A DNA stretch of 64,000 bases from Bacteroidaceae bacterium (GTDB lineage Bacteria; Bacteroidota; Bacteroidia; Bacteroidales; Bacteroidaceae), in contig JAFQVS010000045.1 in NCBI GenBank assembly GCA_017407905.1, positions 8,940 to 72,939 on the forward strand, written 5' to 3'. The notes under the pieces were generated by a model. That model did not search any database, was not told the origin of the DNA, and worked only from the letters and a program-made list of their open reading frames with translations. Made by a program: the position numbers and the translations under genes. Below are positions 37,319 to 47,053 of the stretch, piece after piece. How positions within the stretch are numbered: the stretch's first letter is position 1; every line of letters begins with the position of its first letter.

Positions 37319-37556
37319 TTTTCCTTTTTTGTGTAAAAATAATTAACTCGGGCTGCTCCAATATTCCGAGAATAAATAGAGGCACAAAGCTGCGCTCGGA
37401 CATTTCAGAGCAGATGCGAGTATGCGAACCCACAATAAATTCGCATACTCGTGCAAATATATTATTTTTTTTAAGAATTTATTTAAATCTGTTAAGAATT
37501 AAACTTATAAAATATTTTCTCGAAATAAAGGTCGAGACTTTTAAGTTTTTATAATC

Positions 37557-40500
37557 CTAATCTATTCCATCCAGCAAGATAAATGCCGCCCAATAACGAG
37601 GATGGGCGAAACGCCCATTTTCGCACGTTCTCAGATAATTACGTGCATTTACCAGCGCTACACGCTTCGTCTGTTTATTCGTTATCAGATTACGATAAAA
37701 TTCCGTCATCAGAATTCGAGTAGCTTGGTCGTTCACCTTCCACAACGACATTATCATTGACTGAATGCCAGCCTTTTTAAATCCACGCTGAAGGCCGAAC
37801 ACACCTTCGCCTGTAATCTCGCCTAATCCCGTCTCACAAGCCGAAAGCACCACCATATTTACATTCGTAAGGTCGAGGTGCGAAATTTCTCGCGCCGTGA
37901 GGATTCCATCATCGACATTATCGGGAATAGTCTCGCCATAAAACCAAGCTGAAGCACCCGTCATAAATAGTCCCGAACGACTCAACGATTGGTCCTCCTT
38001 ACTATCATCCTGTCTGATTAAGGTAACAGATGTTGAATCTTTAATCTCGTCCTGTGTCTGATAAAAACCGTGCGTAGCCACGTGGAGCATTGTTACATCA
38101 CTGCCACTTGTGCGTTTAAACTCATCCTCCGTTGCATTGATTGTTGTATATGTCTCGACACTCAAATTATTCTCGCTGAAGATTTCTGCAATCTGCTCCA
38201 CCTCTTTATTTGTACCCGGCAAAGGCTCTAAATAGAATGCAGCCCCGCGCTCAAATGCAGAGACATCACGCATTGCATACACATTCTCCTCGCCCTCGTG
38301 CTGATTCTTCGATGCAATCTCGGCCCATACATCATCCTTTACATAATACTCTATTCCACCATAGAGTGCAGCCTTAGTTACCAAAGGCGCAGCCCTATTC
38401 AATTGATTCTTATGCTTCACAATCTCCATTGTGTTTGAAACTCTGTAAAGATTGTACTTCTCGCACATAAGCGTATTACTGCCACCCCCTTCTGCAAGCA
38501 TATTCTCCATTGCAACCTGATACAACATACCGGTTGGAGAGAAATAGATGCTTTTTACACCGTCTAACAAATATTCAATTTCGCCATTATTAACAATATA
38601 ATAAGGCCAAATATCGTGAGTATATTTTAGATATAACGAATCGCTACTCTCTTTGATAACATCATCAATTCTATACATATTTACGAGCAAAGGGGCGTCA
38701 TAATTTTTCTTTAGAATCAAAGCATAATACCAATCGCCTTTATTTATGTATTCAATTGCCATTTCATCATCGTCTAAGGCATTCTGTACATCCCTCCAGC
38801 CGACCTCCAATGATTTTGTATAATCGTCGAAAGCCTTTGACGAGTACCACAATTCTGTCATAATCTTATCGGCCTCCATTTTCAATTGTTGCAACTCGGT
38901 TGGTGGCAAGGTTGTATCATCGAGTTGCCGCTTTATGCGCAGATAATCTTCGTACTGTTTTTGCACGGTTCTGTTACCCGACTCTTTAAGCACTTTGACC
39001 AGCTCTTGCTCGGAGCGCAACATATACCCCTTACTGAACAGCGCAAAATCATAGGCAAGCTCTCTTATTGTGTCCGAGCTATTCGGCCCGTAACCCAATG
39101 CGTTTATTATATCGGAAGATAGGGCCCCGATTCTATCCTCCAGATTCTTGTCCGAGAAAAGACGTTGACGCTGCATTTTACGTATTTCGTTCCACGATGC
39201 AACCAAATAATCGTATTTCTCTTCATTGGTCTTTTCCTCTTTCGAGTAATGATAAGCCAAAGAGACCTTAGTCTCTAAATATTTCATTTCGTCCTCGGAA
39301 ATATGTTCGATAGAATATCTATAACCAATTAAGTCATATATCAATTCACTCAGATAGACAAAAGCAGAATAATAATACTCATCATCGTTGTTTTGTAATA
39401 CGACTTTCTTTATCTGTTGTCGCAAACGGTCGGCATCTACCACAAGTTTGTAATCTTGCTTCTCATAGGCAAGAGCACATAACATATTCATTGCATCGTA
39501 ACTCTCTTGATACCTATGCAGCTCGGGGTTCTCGGACAATAACTGATATATAATTTTAAAATCATCTAACAAATACAAACGATTGCAACTGAGATGGATA
39601 GAATGATACGATATTAAACATTTGGCATACAAAACAGCCGTATATATCTCTTTTTTCTTTTTACTATCTTTTAAAAGACTTAAGAAGTAGTCCAAACGAT
39701 TAAAAGAGGAGGTAAGTTCCTTATTATAAACAGATTTTAATGTATAATTATCTAATAAATTATCAATTACACATAATGTAGCTACAATAGGCAGTTTCAA
39801 CGCATCATTGCTATCTACATACCTTAGAACATCTTTCTCGTGCTGTTCGTAGGTAATACTGTCTGTGTGCAGGCGTATTACAGAAAGATATTTAGCCCAA
39901 TAAACAACATCCCTGACATTCTCTTTTATTATAGAATCCTTCCAACACTTCATCTTTTCCATAAATGCCTCCTTTAAGCCCAAAGAATCGGCGCATAGCC
40001 CCATATTGATTGCCATACAGTGTTTGTCGTCGGTAATTATATTGTAAAATATAAAAACAGGAATAGAATCAAAAAATTCCTCATACCTATAAAATGCATC
40101 CAGAAAATTACGGTCGCGAAGCACCTGCCAAAGGCTCGGCGCATTGTATTTAGTGTAATATTTACTCTCTTTTGGCTTTGATTTATTATTCTTCCACAGC
40201 TCGAATTGCTTGTCATATTCGGCGAGGGCCTTCTTGTAAGCCGAATCCCTTTTCAATGAGTCCATATACGTAGTTGTCGCATAACGTTCCACATCCCATA
40301 CTACACGGTGATTAGATGCATCCATTTCAAATCTTACGACATCCTCTAATTCCGAGTACTTCTGATATTGGGGCGACTGCTCACCAAATTTTTCTTTTAC
40401 CCGGTTGCAATATTTATTCATAACACTATCGGCCATCAACTCATCTTTAGTTTCTTTCATTGCAACAAGGGCAAACTTTTTCAGGTTATCATAGAAATAA

Positions 40501-42125
40501 GGCGTTCCCAAACTATCCAAATGCTCCAATAATATCAATTTGGATTGAAGTAAATTCTGTTTAATCATCGACAAGGAGTATCTTACGGTATCGTAAGCAC
40601 TTACAGAATACTTGCTGTCTCTGAGTTTCATTTCTACTATTGATAAACTATTGTCAATGTGGCTTTGCCCCTTGGCAACCTCTTGTGCCGCATACTTTCT
40701 ATCCAATTTTGTATTCAGAATGTTCAATGCTGCGCCGCTTGTTTTTCGCGCTTTTACATAATAATCGGCAATCAGATAGACATAGGAACAGCATAGCAAA
40801 GGCACGTACAAATTACTGTTTTCAAACTTTATAGCATCTTCATCAGCTATTTTCAATGCTCTTTCATAATCATTCGAGTTAATATGAGCCACTGATAGAG
40901 AGACAGAAATAATGCTATACAAGTCATCAACTATGCTACCTGCATTTGCTAATTTTCGTCTTATTTCATATACTTCATCTATTAAATCATTATCTATTTT
41001 CCCGTTCATTGAGCTAATCATCAACAATAAGCTCGATGAGCCCGATAAAACAATTTGTCCTTCACTTGTTTTGACATCAGCCTTACGGACTATTTTTTTT
41101 AACAACTTTTTAGTTTTATCTACTTTATTTTGTTTAAAATAAACAATTGATTTTTGAAGTAGAGCGAGCAGATGCGGCTCGCAATATTTTCCACCATACA
41201 ACACAGATAATTCTTCGGCCGATGTAATATATTTTAACGCTAAAACATCATTTCCCATTGAATGATTTACCTCGGAGGCAGACAGCAGCAGTTGTATATA
41301 TCGCTCGCTGGCCGTGCCATAAAGTTTACTCGCTATCGACAGCATCTTTTCGACAGCCTCGTTGTATTTATCCATCATACCAACCTGAGCAAATACTTTG
41401 GACAAATTATCCCACACATTTACTGCTAAATCACTTTCGGCCTCGCCAACAGCATCTAAATAGAGTAAAAAATCATTGAATCCCTCTAATACGTCATAAA
41501 GTTCGCCTTTCATAGAGTAAACATTTATGGCTTGTTCCAAAAGAAATCTCTTGAATCGGGCATTTTTTCCATACAAATTATCGCAATCGTCCAAAACACG
41601 CTTCACATCGGCTTTTGCTTTTTGAAAATCGCCAGAATATGCCCTTAACTCGGCTATATACATACGCGTATTGATAGTCCAACGCGACTCTCGCCCTAAT
41701 GCAGCATACTCAATTTGGTACATCTCCTGCAATTTCTGTATTATAAAATTTGTATCATCCCCCTTATATGCCAATACAACTTTTGAGATAGAATCACTCT
41801 TCAGCATAAGCCTTCGGTCAATCGGCGGTAAATCGTACCCGCGCTCATCGTATAATGCTGCATTCTTTAAATCGCCCTTTTTGAAATAACAAGAGGCAAT
41901 CCAATTCCTCAAATATGTTACCCTGCTATCGAGTGAATCCAACTCCCCGGTTTCGATAGCTTTGCTCTGCTCGAAGACAAGAATCGCCTCATCATATTCT
42001 TTGGCATTGTAAAGAGCTACACCCCGTGCATATAACGAATCGGAATAGGCCAGACGAGACACATTCTGTCCGAAACTACTTTGCAACAGCAAGGTAAAAA
42101 TTATAAAAGCAAATATTCTCTGCAT
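37557..42125 (-). CDS. Exported giant TPR + CHAT-domain protein (CHAT-B)
   Basis: 1522 aa. Signal peptide MQRIFAFIIFTLLLQSSFGQ and a long all-helical TPR-like body. The C-terminal CHAT core has LHVATHGF (His) and VVLSACETGLG (Cys), then ...YWAAFILLDGID. Confidence 0.9.
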   Translation of the reverse strand: MQRIFAFIIFTLLLQSSFGQNVSRLAYSDSLYARGVALYNAKEYDEAILVFEQSKAIETGELDSLDSRVTYLRNWIASCYFKKGDLKNAALYDERGYDLPPIDRRLMLKSDSISKVVLAYKGDDTNFIIQKLQEMYQIEYAALGRESRWTINTRMYIAELRAYSGDFQKAKADVKRVLDDCDNLYGKNARFKRFLLEQAINVYSMKGELYDVLEGFNDFLLYLDAVGEAESDLAVNVWDNLSKVFAQVGMMDKYNEAVEKMLSIASKLYGTASERYIQLLLSASEVNHSMGNDVLALKYITSAEELSVLYGGKYCEPHLLALLQKSIVYFKQNKVDKTKKLLKKIVRKADVKTSEGQIVLSGSSSLLLMISSMNGKIDNDLIDEVYEIRRKLANAGSIVDDLYSIISVSLSVAHINSNDYERALKIADEDAIKFENSNLYVPLLCCSYVYLIADYYVKARKTSGAALNILNTKLDRKYAAQEVAKGQSHIDNSLSIVEMKLRDSKYSVSAYDTVRYSLSMIKQNLLQSKLILLEHLDSLGTPYFYDNLKKFALVAMKETKDELMADSVMNKYCNRVKEKFGEQSPQYQKYSELEDVVRFEMDASNHRVVWDVERYATTTYMDSLKRDSAYKKALAEYDKQFELWKNNKSKPKESKYYTKYNAPSLWQVLRDRNFLDAFYRYEEFFDSIPVFIFYNIITDDKHCMAINMGLCADSLGLKEAFMEKMKCWKDSIIKENVRDVVYWAKYLSVIRLHTDSITYEQHEKDVLRYVDSNDALKLPIVATLCVIDNLLDNYTLKSVYNKELTSSFNRLDYFLSLLKDSKKKKEIYTAVLYAKCLISYHSIHLSCNRLYLLDDFKIIYQLLSENPELHRYQESYDAMNMLCALAYEKQDYKLVVDADRLRQQIKKVVLQNNDDEYYYSAFVYLSELIYDLIGYRYSIEHISEDEMKYLETKVSLAYHYSKEEKTNEEKYDYLVASWNEIRKMQRQRLFSDKNLEDRIGALSSDIINALGYGPNSSDTIRELAYDFALFSKGYMLRSEQELVKVLKESGNRTVQKQYEDYLRIKRQLDDTTLPPTELQQLKMEADKIMTELWYSSKAFDDYTKSLEVGWRDVQNALDDDEMAIEYINKGDWYYALILKKNYDAPLLVNMYRIDDVIKESSDSLYLKYTHDIWPYYIVNNGEIEYLLDGVKSIYFSPTGMLYQVAMENMLAEGGGSNTLMCEKYNLYRVSNTMEIVKHKNQLNRAAPLVTKAALYGGIEYYVKDDVWAEIASKNQHEGEENVYAMRDVSAFERGAAFYLEPLPGTNKEVEQIAEIFSENNLSVETYTTINATEDEFKRTSGSDVTMLHVATHGFYQTQDEIKDSTSVTLIRQDDSKEDQSLSRSGLFMTGASAWFYGETIPDNVDDGILTAREISHLDLTNVNMVVLSACETGLGEITGEGVFGLQRGFKKAGIQSMIMSLWKVNDQATRILMTEFYRNLITNKQTKRVALVNARNYLRTCENGRFAHPRYWAAFILLDGID

Positions 42126-42196
42126 ACTCTTAATTTATAATCGGTTAATTATATCAATATTTTAAGGCTAAAAGCTCGGTGGCAAGTGCTTAACTC

Positions 42197-45100
42197 TTAT
42201 TCTATTCCATCCAACAGGATAAATGCAGCCCAATATTTGGGGTCGTCCCACCCCTTCTCCTTATGCGAGCGCACCAACTGCTTGGCAAGCTCAAGCGCCT
42301 CGCGTTTACTCTTGCCTTCGACCACCCAAAAGCGGTAAAATTCGGTCATAAGCATACAGGTAGCCTCGTCATCTACTTTCCACAGCGACATTAGGATGCT
42401 ATTGGCACCGGCCTTCTTCAGGCCGCGCTGAAGGCCAAAAACACCCTCGCTTGTTACATCGCCCAACCCTGTTTCGCAGGCCGAGAGTGTAATAAGCTCT
42501 GTTTGCGTTAGGTCGAGGGCCGCAAGCTCGCGTGCCGTCAGGATTCCATCATCGACATTATCGGGAATTTCCATTCCCCGCATATATGACACGGCGCCCG
42601 CCATCAACAATCCGCTGCGGCTCAATGCCTGCATCTCTTCGGTATCATATTCACTCGACTTTTTGACACCATTCCACGCCTGAAAAAAGCCGTGTGTTGC
42701 AATGTGCACAATAGCCGTGGCGAACCGCTCAGTTGCTTTACCGCCTCCTCGGTTGCAGAGACGCCCGTAAACAGTTCGGCACCCACCTTTTCGCCTTGCA
42801 GTAATTTATCAATCTCGCCGACCTCAATTTCCGTTCCGGGAAGATAGATGCTTGCACCGCGCTCGAAAGCACGTTGCAACGAGACTATATCACGATTGGC
42901 GGTACCATTTTCACCGGCAGCCGCCCGCAACGACATTTCTTGCCACTGCTCGCTGCCGAGCTCATACTCCACCCCTCCGAACAACGCCGCTGTTAATTCG
43001 CGCTGCGCCTTTTTCGGACGAATAATCTCCCGCGTATTCGACAAGCGATACATATTGTAGGCATCGCACATTGCGCTTCCGTCGGGCCGCGGCAACGACT
43101 CCATAGGCAACTGATGCAGCGCCATTGATGGAGAAAAATAGATATTCTTCACCCCAGCAAGCACCTCGTGCAATGGTTCCCATATAAGCTCGTACTGTCG
43201 TTGTCGGTTGTTTGCGGCAAGCGACAACTCCTCCTCGGGGCACAAGGCTTTAAACTGAGGTTCGAAGCCCTTTTTCAATATAAGCGCAATGATGTACGAC
43301 ACGCCATCGTCGGGCGATGCACCTTGCACAAATTCTATTGCAATTTCTCCATCCCTCAATGCACTGCGCACATCCTGCCACGAGAGTGTAAGCTGCCGTG
43401 TATAATCCCCAAAATTATGCGAAGAAGTTTCAAGAATATCATATATTCCAATTTGTTTTTCACCAAGTGAATCACGTTCGGCAGCTGACAAATTGCCGGC
43501 CATCTTTTTACGAATACTCCTTAATTCATTGCACAAAGCAATAAGAGACTCATTCCCCGACTCAAGCATAGTTCGCTCCAATTCGGCCTGCGAGCGCAGC
43601 AACAGCCCTTTGATAAAAAGAGCCGCATCGTAGGCAAAGCCACAAAAAACAGGGGTTTTATATTTTAGTACGTAACCCGTTGCTTTATTCTGCAACTGCC
43701 AAGATTTAGTATGAAAAAGATATTCGCCATAGAAAGCCGACATATATTTACCTCTAATAAATCCACGTAAATCCTCCACATCACATCGCATTGTTTCAAC
43801 CAAATGCTGTTCAAATAAATCGGTATTATTTTGTAGTTGATGACAAAGCGCCAAAAGCTCGGAAACACGTTTTATCAAATCATTTTCTTGAATATCATCT
43901 CTAAAACTGAAAGAAGAAAAATAATTAGACCTATAAACATTATCACACACTAATGGGTTATTCTGTAAGTTCTTAGGAAGGCCCATAATGCGCTCACCAA
44001 TACGAATAGCCTCATCGCAACGGCCGGCATCATATTCTATACGCATTTGCCAATACAACAAGGCTCTGTAAGTCCTTGTGGCTGTATAATTTCGAGCCTC
44101 GTGCACCCGTATGGCCTCCGAAATTAAATCGGGAATATCCGAGGGAAGAATATGGTTAATATCATCGAATATATTCCAAGACATTAGGCTTGCAGTGGCA
44201 AAAATTATAAAATTATCGTAACTTAGATTCCCCGTGCCGCACTTCTGCTTCACATCGTTTATCATCTTTTTTGTTGTAGCAACCATAAAACCAATATACT
44301 CCTCATCGCGTGCTTTTGCATAAAAAGATGATTTATTTCCAATGGCCGTCAAAAGAATTATACCCTTTAACTCGGGATTTTCGTTCCATAGAGAATCGTC
44401 GCGAGCAATTACGTTATTCACCAGATTCAGCAGCTCCTGTGCATCAGTAAACCCTATTTCTACCTTTCTCAACGTATTACAAGCCATATTAAGGTAATCC
44501 TTATGGTGCCTGTTGGCAAGCAATAGAGAGTCGAACGTGTGCGCAATATCACTCTGGCTGCAACCACTTTTTTTCATAGAATACGCTAATCGAAAAGATA
44601 AATTAGAGCCATCTGTATCTCCCAATGTAACATATTCCGGTATCCAAGATACGCGCCCAAATAACCGTTTGTAAATCTCTATTGCCTTACCATACTCACC
44701 AACTTCTTCATCATAATAAATATCGGCAATTTTATTTAAACAATCATTTGAAGCCTCGTCTAACGGAATAGAATCGAGCGCCCCCAACTCATACAAATAT
44801 TTTTGTATAACATACGAGTACTTATTTATTTCATTGCCGTAAAGCACTCTTTCGACACGTAGTATCTCGCGCAAGATGCCTTTCAATTCATCATCTAACT
44901 CATCAAATGTTAAAACCTTATATGGTGCTTTTAAGAATAAAGCACTATCGAATAGTTTGCAAAGAACATCTTCATAATTTTCTGTTGCAATATTCTCATT
45001 GTCCTGTTTCATACGTTCGCTGTAATTGCGACACACATCATACAAACGAATATAATCGTGTGTACCATCGCAACCATAATAGAAGTTAAAGAACGCACTC

Positions 45101-46686
45101 CAACACTCATCGCTATCGGCTCCAAACAGACGCTCGGCTGTGTAAAAATTCATCTCTTTGACTATATTCAGAGCAAAATTATTTTGATATATAAGACTGT
45201 CGGGACGAATACCCTCGGGTAGGAAACCAAGATTATTCGTTAGGTCCAATTTCTTATTGACACTAAAAAATCTCGAAATAATATTGTTTGTGATGGCCGC
45301 CTCTGATAGAGATAAATTCGATATATTATTCTTGTACTCATCGCAAACTACACGAAGCCATTCGGTTGCCTCGCCGAAACGATGCGCTCCCATATAAGTG
45401 GCAAATGTCAACATTTTGTATGTTAAGCCCTTACCTTTTTTGAATCTTATTTCGTCGGACATTCTGTGCAGATGCTCGCAGGAGTAGGCTGCGCCTTGAT
45501 GTATGAACAGATAAAAGAGCGTATATACATTTACCTTATCGCTCAGAAGAGCCTCTACCCTCTTCCACATTTTTGTTATTTTCTTGGGGCTGTTATCCGG
45601 GAGTGTGGATTTTGCAGCCAAAGCAATAATTGTTAATGTAGTATCATCGGGGGTGCTCAATGCCGCACGATTGCTCAGCACCTCGTCAAACTGCAAGCGG
45701 GCCTCATCGTTGCGGTTCATATCCCTTAACAACAGGCCACAAGTCAAGCGCTGATAGTCGGCCTGCCAAGAATCCTCCAATTTCACATAGAGCGAAATGA
45801 GACTGTTTTTCAATTCCAATGCCTCTTGGAAAAGGCCCAAATTATAGTAATATCTGCTCACATCGTACAAGGCATTGGCATAGGCGTATTTATCGAGAGT
45901 ATATAACTCTTCTGTTACGCCGACGAGTTGCCGCCAAGCATTTTGCAATTGCTGCTTGTCTTGTGTTAAGTAATACAATCCACACAGACTGCGCAAGGCA
46001 TTATAGTGCATCCACATAGGCTTTTCAGGAAGCCTTGCAAGCTGCTGTTTACGAGCATCAATAGCCTCTTTATAATAGGTTTCTATGGCCATTCGTTGAG
46101 CATAAAAATCCAACACACGACAATAATATAGTCCGTGCGTGGCGCCCTTCATCTCGAAAATTGTTTTTACCCTTACCAATAAATCTCGGAAATCTGATTT
46201 TCCAAGATAGTCTTTTTCGGCCCACATTTCAAGCACCTTTAGCAACAGGAGGGCATAGGCGTCTGTCTCGCCGAAACGCTCGTAATACAATTCGGCACAT
46301 TTTTGATATACTTTTGCAGCCTCGCCGGGGTTGGATGCCTCTAACGCAAGAGCCTCTTGACGCAAAGAGTCTATTTCAATTGTCAGACGGCGGTCGGTGG
46401 GGGTAATATCGAATCCCCACGGGTTTATCTCGGCAGCGCGGGCTGTGTCTCCCAAATGAAAATAACAGCCGGCCAGCCACTCGCGGCCGTACCCCCAGCG
46501 AACGTTGGTGGAATCAATCTCGGCCCTGTCCAATTTTTGCACCGCCTCGAACAGAGGTATCGCCTCGCCATATTTTGCCTCATTATATAGCTCTACGCCT
46601 TTGGCAAACAACTCATCGCTGTACCTACTTTGGGAAAAGCCAACTATTGGAAAAAATAACACAAGCAGTAACAAACGGTATTTCAT
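42197..46686 (-). pseudogene. Exported giant TPR + CHAT-domain protein (CHAT-C), interrupted by a -1 frameshift near 42720
   Basis: Two ORFs (42622..46746 and 42197..42709) together reconstitute a paralog of CHAT-B. The likely start is ATG 46686 (MKYRLLLLVLFFPIVGFSQS). The long frame decays into ..KQLSGSPRLLCTLQHTAFF.., while the +2 frame reads ATAIVHIATHGFFQAWNG, continuing into LSACETGLG ... YWAAFILLDGIE. Confidence 0.85.
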
Positions 46687-46955
46687 AGTACTATTTTTTG
46701 CGGTCTCTAAGAAAAATTGAAACACCGGGTTATATTTTGGGAGCAACTTCCCGAGTGCAAAGAAAATTATTTTACATAAAAAATCAAAATTATTTGGAAG
46801 CTGTTAAAATTTATATCGCCGAATTTTTTATAAGTGCCAACAAGCGCAAACTTTTTTTTAGGAATTTAAACAGCTTCTTACTTTTTACGATAAAAAGAGA
46901 CTCACTTTCTTATAATAAAAAGAGAATTATCGCACACTGTTCCAAAAAATATAGC

Positions 46956-46963
46956 TACATTTG
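46956..46963 (+). promoter_or_regulatory. Candidate -7 box (TACATTTG) for the hut operon
   Basis: TACATTTG lies about 90 nt upstream of the ftcD ATG and overlaps the palindrome TGCATA-A-TATGCA. There is no clear -33 TTTG. Confidence 0.4.
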
Positions 46964-47053
46964 CATAATATGCAGATATTAGTTGCATCGACACTGTGAA
47001 ATAATTTGATATAAATTCAAACTGCCACTAAAAAACTAACAGATAAAAACACT

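Noticed and set aside
42126-42196. An independent promoter for CHAT-B in the 71-bp spacer after CHAT-C
   Set aside because: There is no TAnnTTTG-like box on the minus strand in this spacer, so CHAT-B may be co-transcribed with CHAT-C. I left it unannotated rather than guess.
29281-46800. A classical integrative element (prophage, ICE or integrase-borne genomic island) at tRNA-Leu
   Set aside because: I found no integrase, recombinase, transposase or conjugation gene. By eye, there is also no direct repeat of the tRNA 3' end (..GGTTCAAGTCCCGCTTCGAGTA) near 31.1 kb or 46.7-47.05 kb. The compositional shift is kept as an observation only.
46797-46877. 9-bp inverted repeat GAAGCTGTT / AACAGCTTC flanking about 63 bp upstream of CHAT-C, as an invertible (phase-variable) promoter
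   Set aside because: The inverted repeats are short (9 bp). No TAnnTTTG box lies between them on either strand, and no site-specific recombinase is nearby. In an AT-rich 300-bp spacer this is probably chance.
46698-46982. 94-aa ORF in the spacer between CHAT-C and ftcD, and an 86-aa ORF at 57853-58113
   Set aside because: Both lie in AT-rich intergenic DNA. They have Lys/Ile/Phe/Arg-biased translations with no signal or motif and no plausible promoter spacing, and they overlap predicted promoter or terminator elements.
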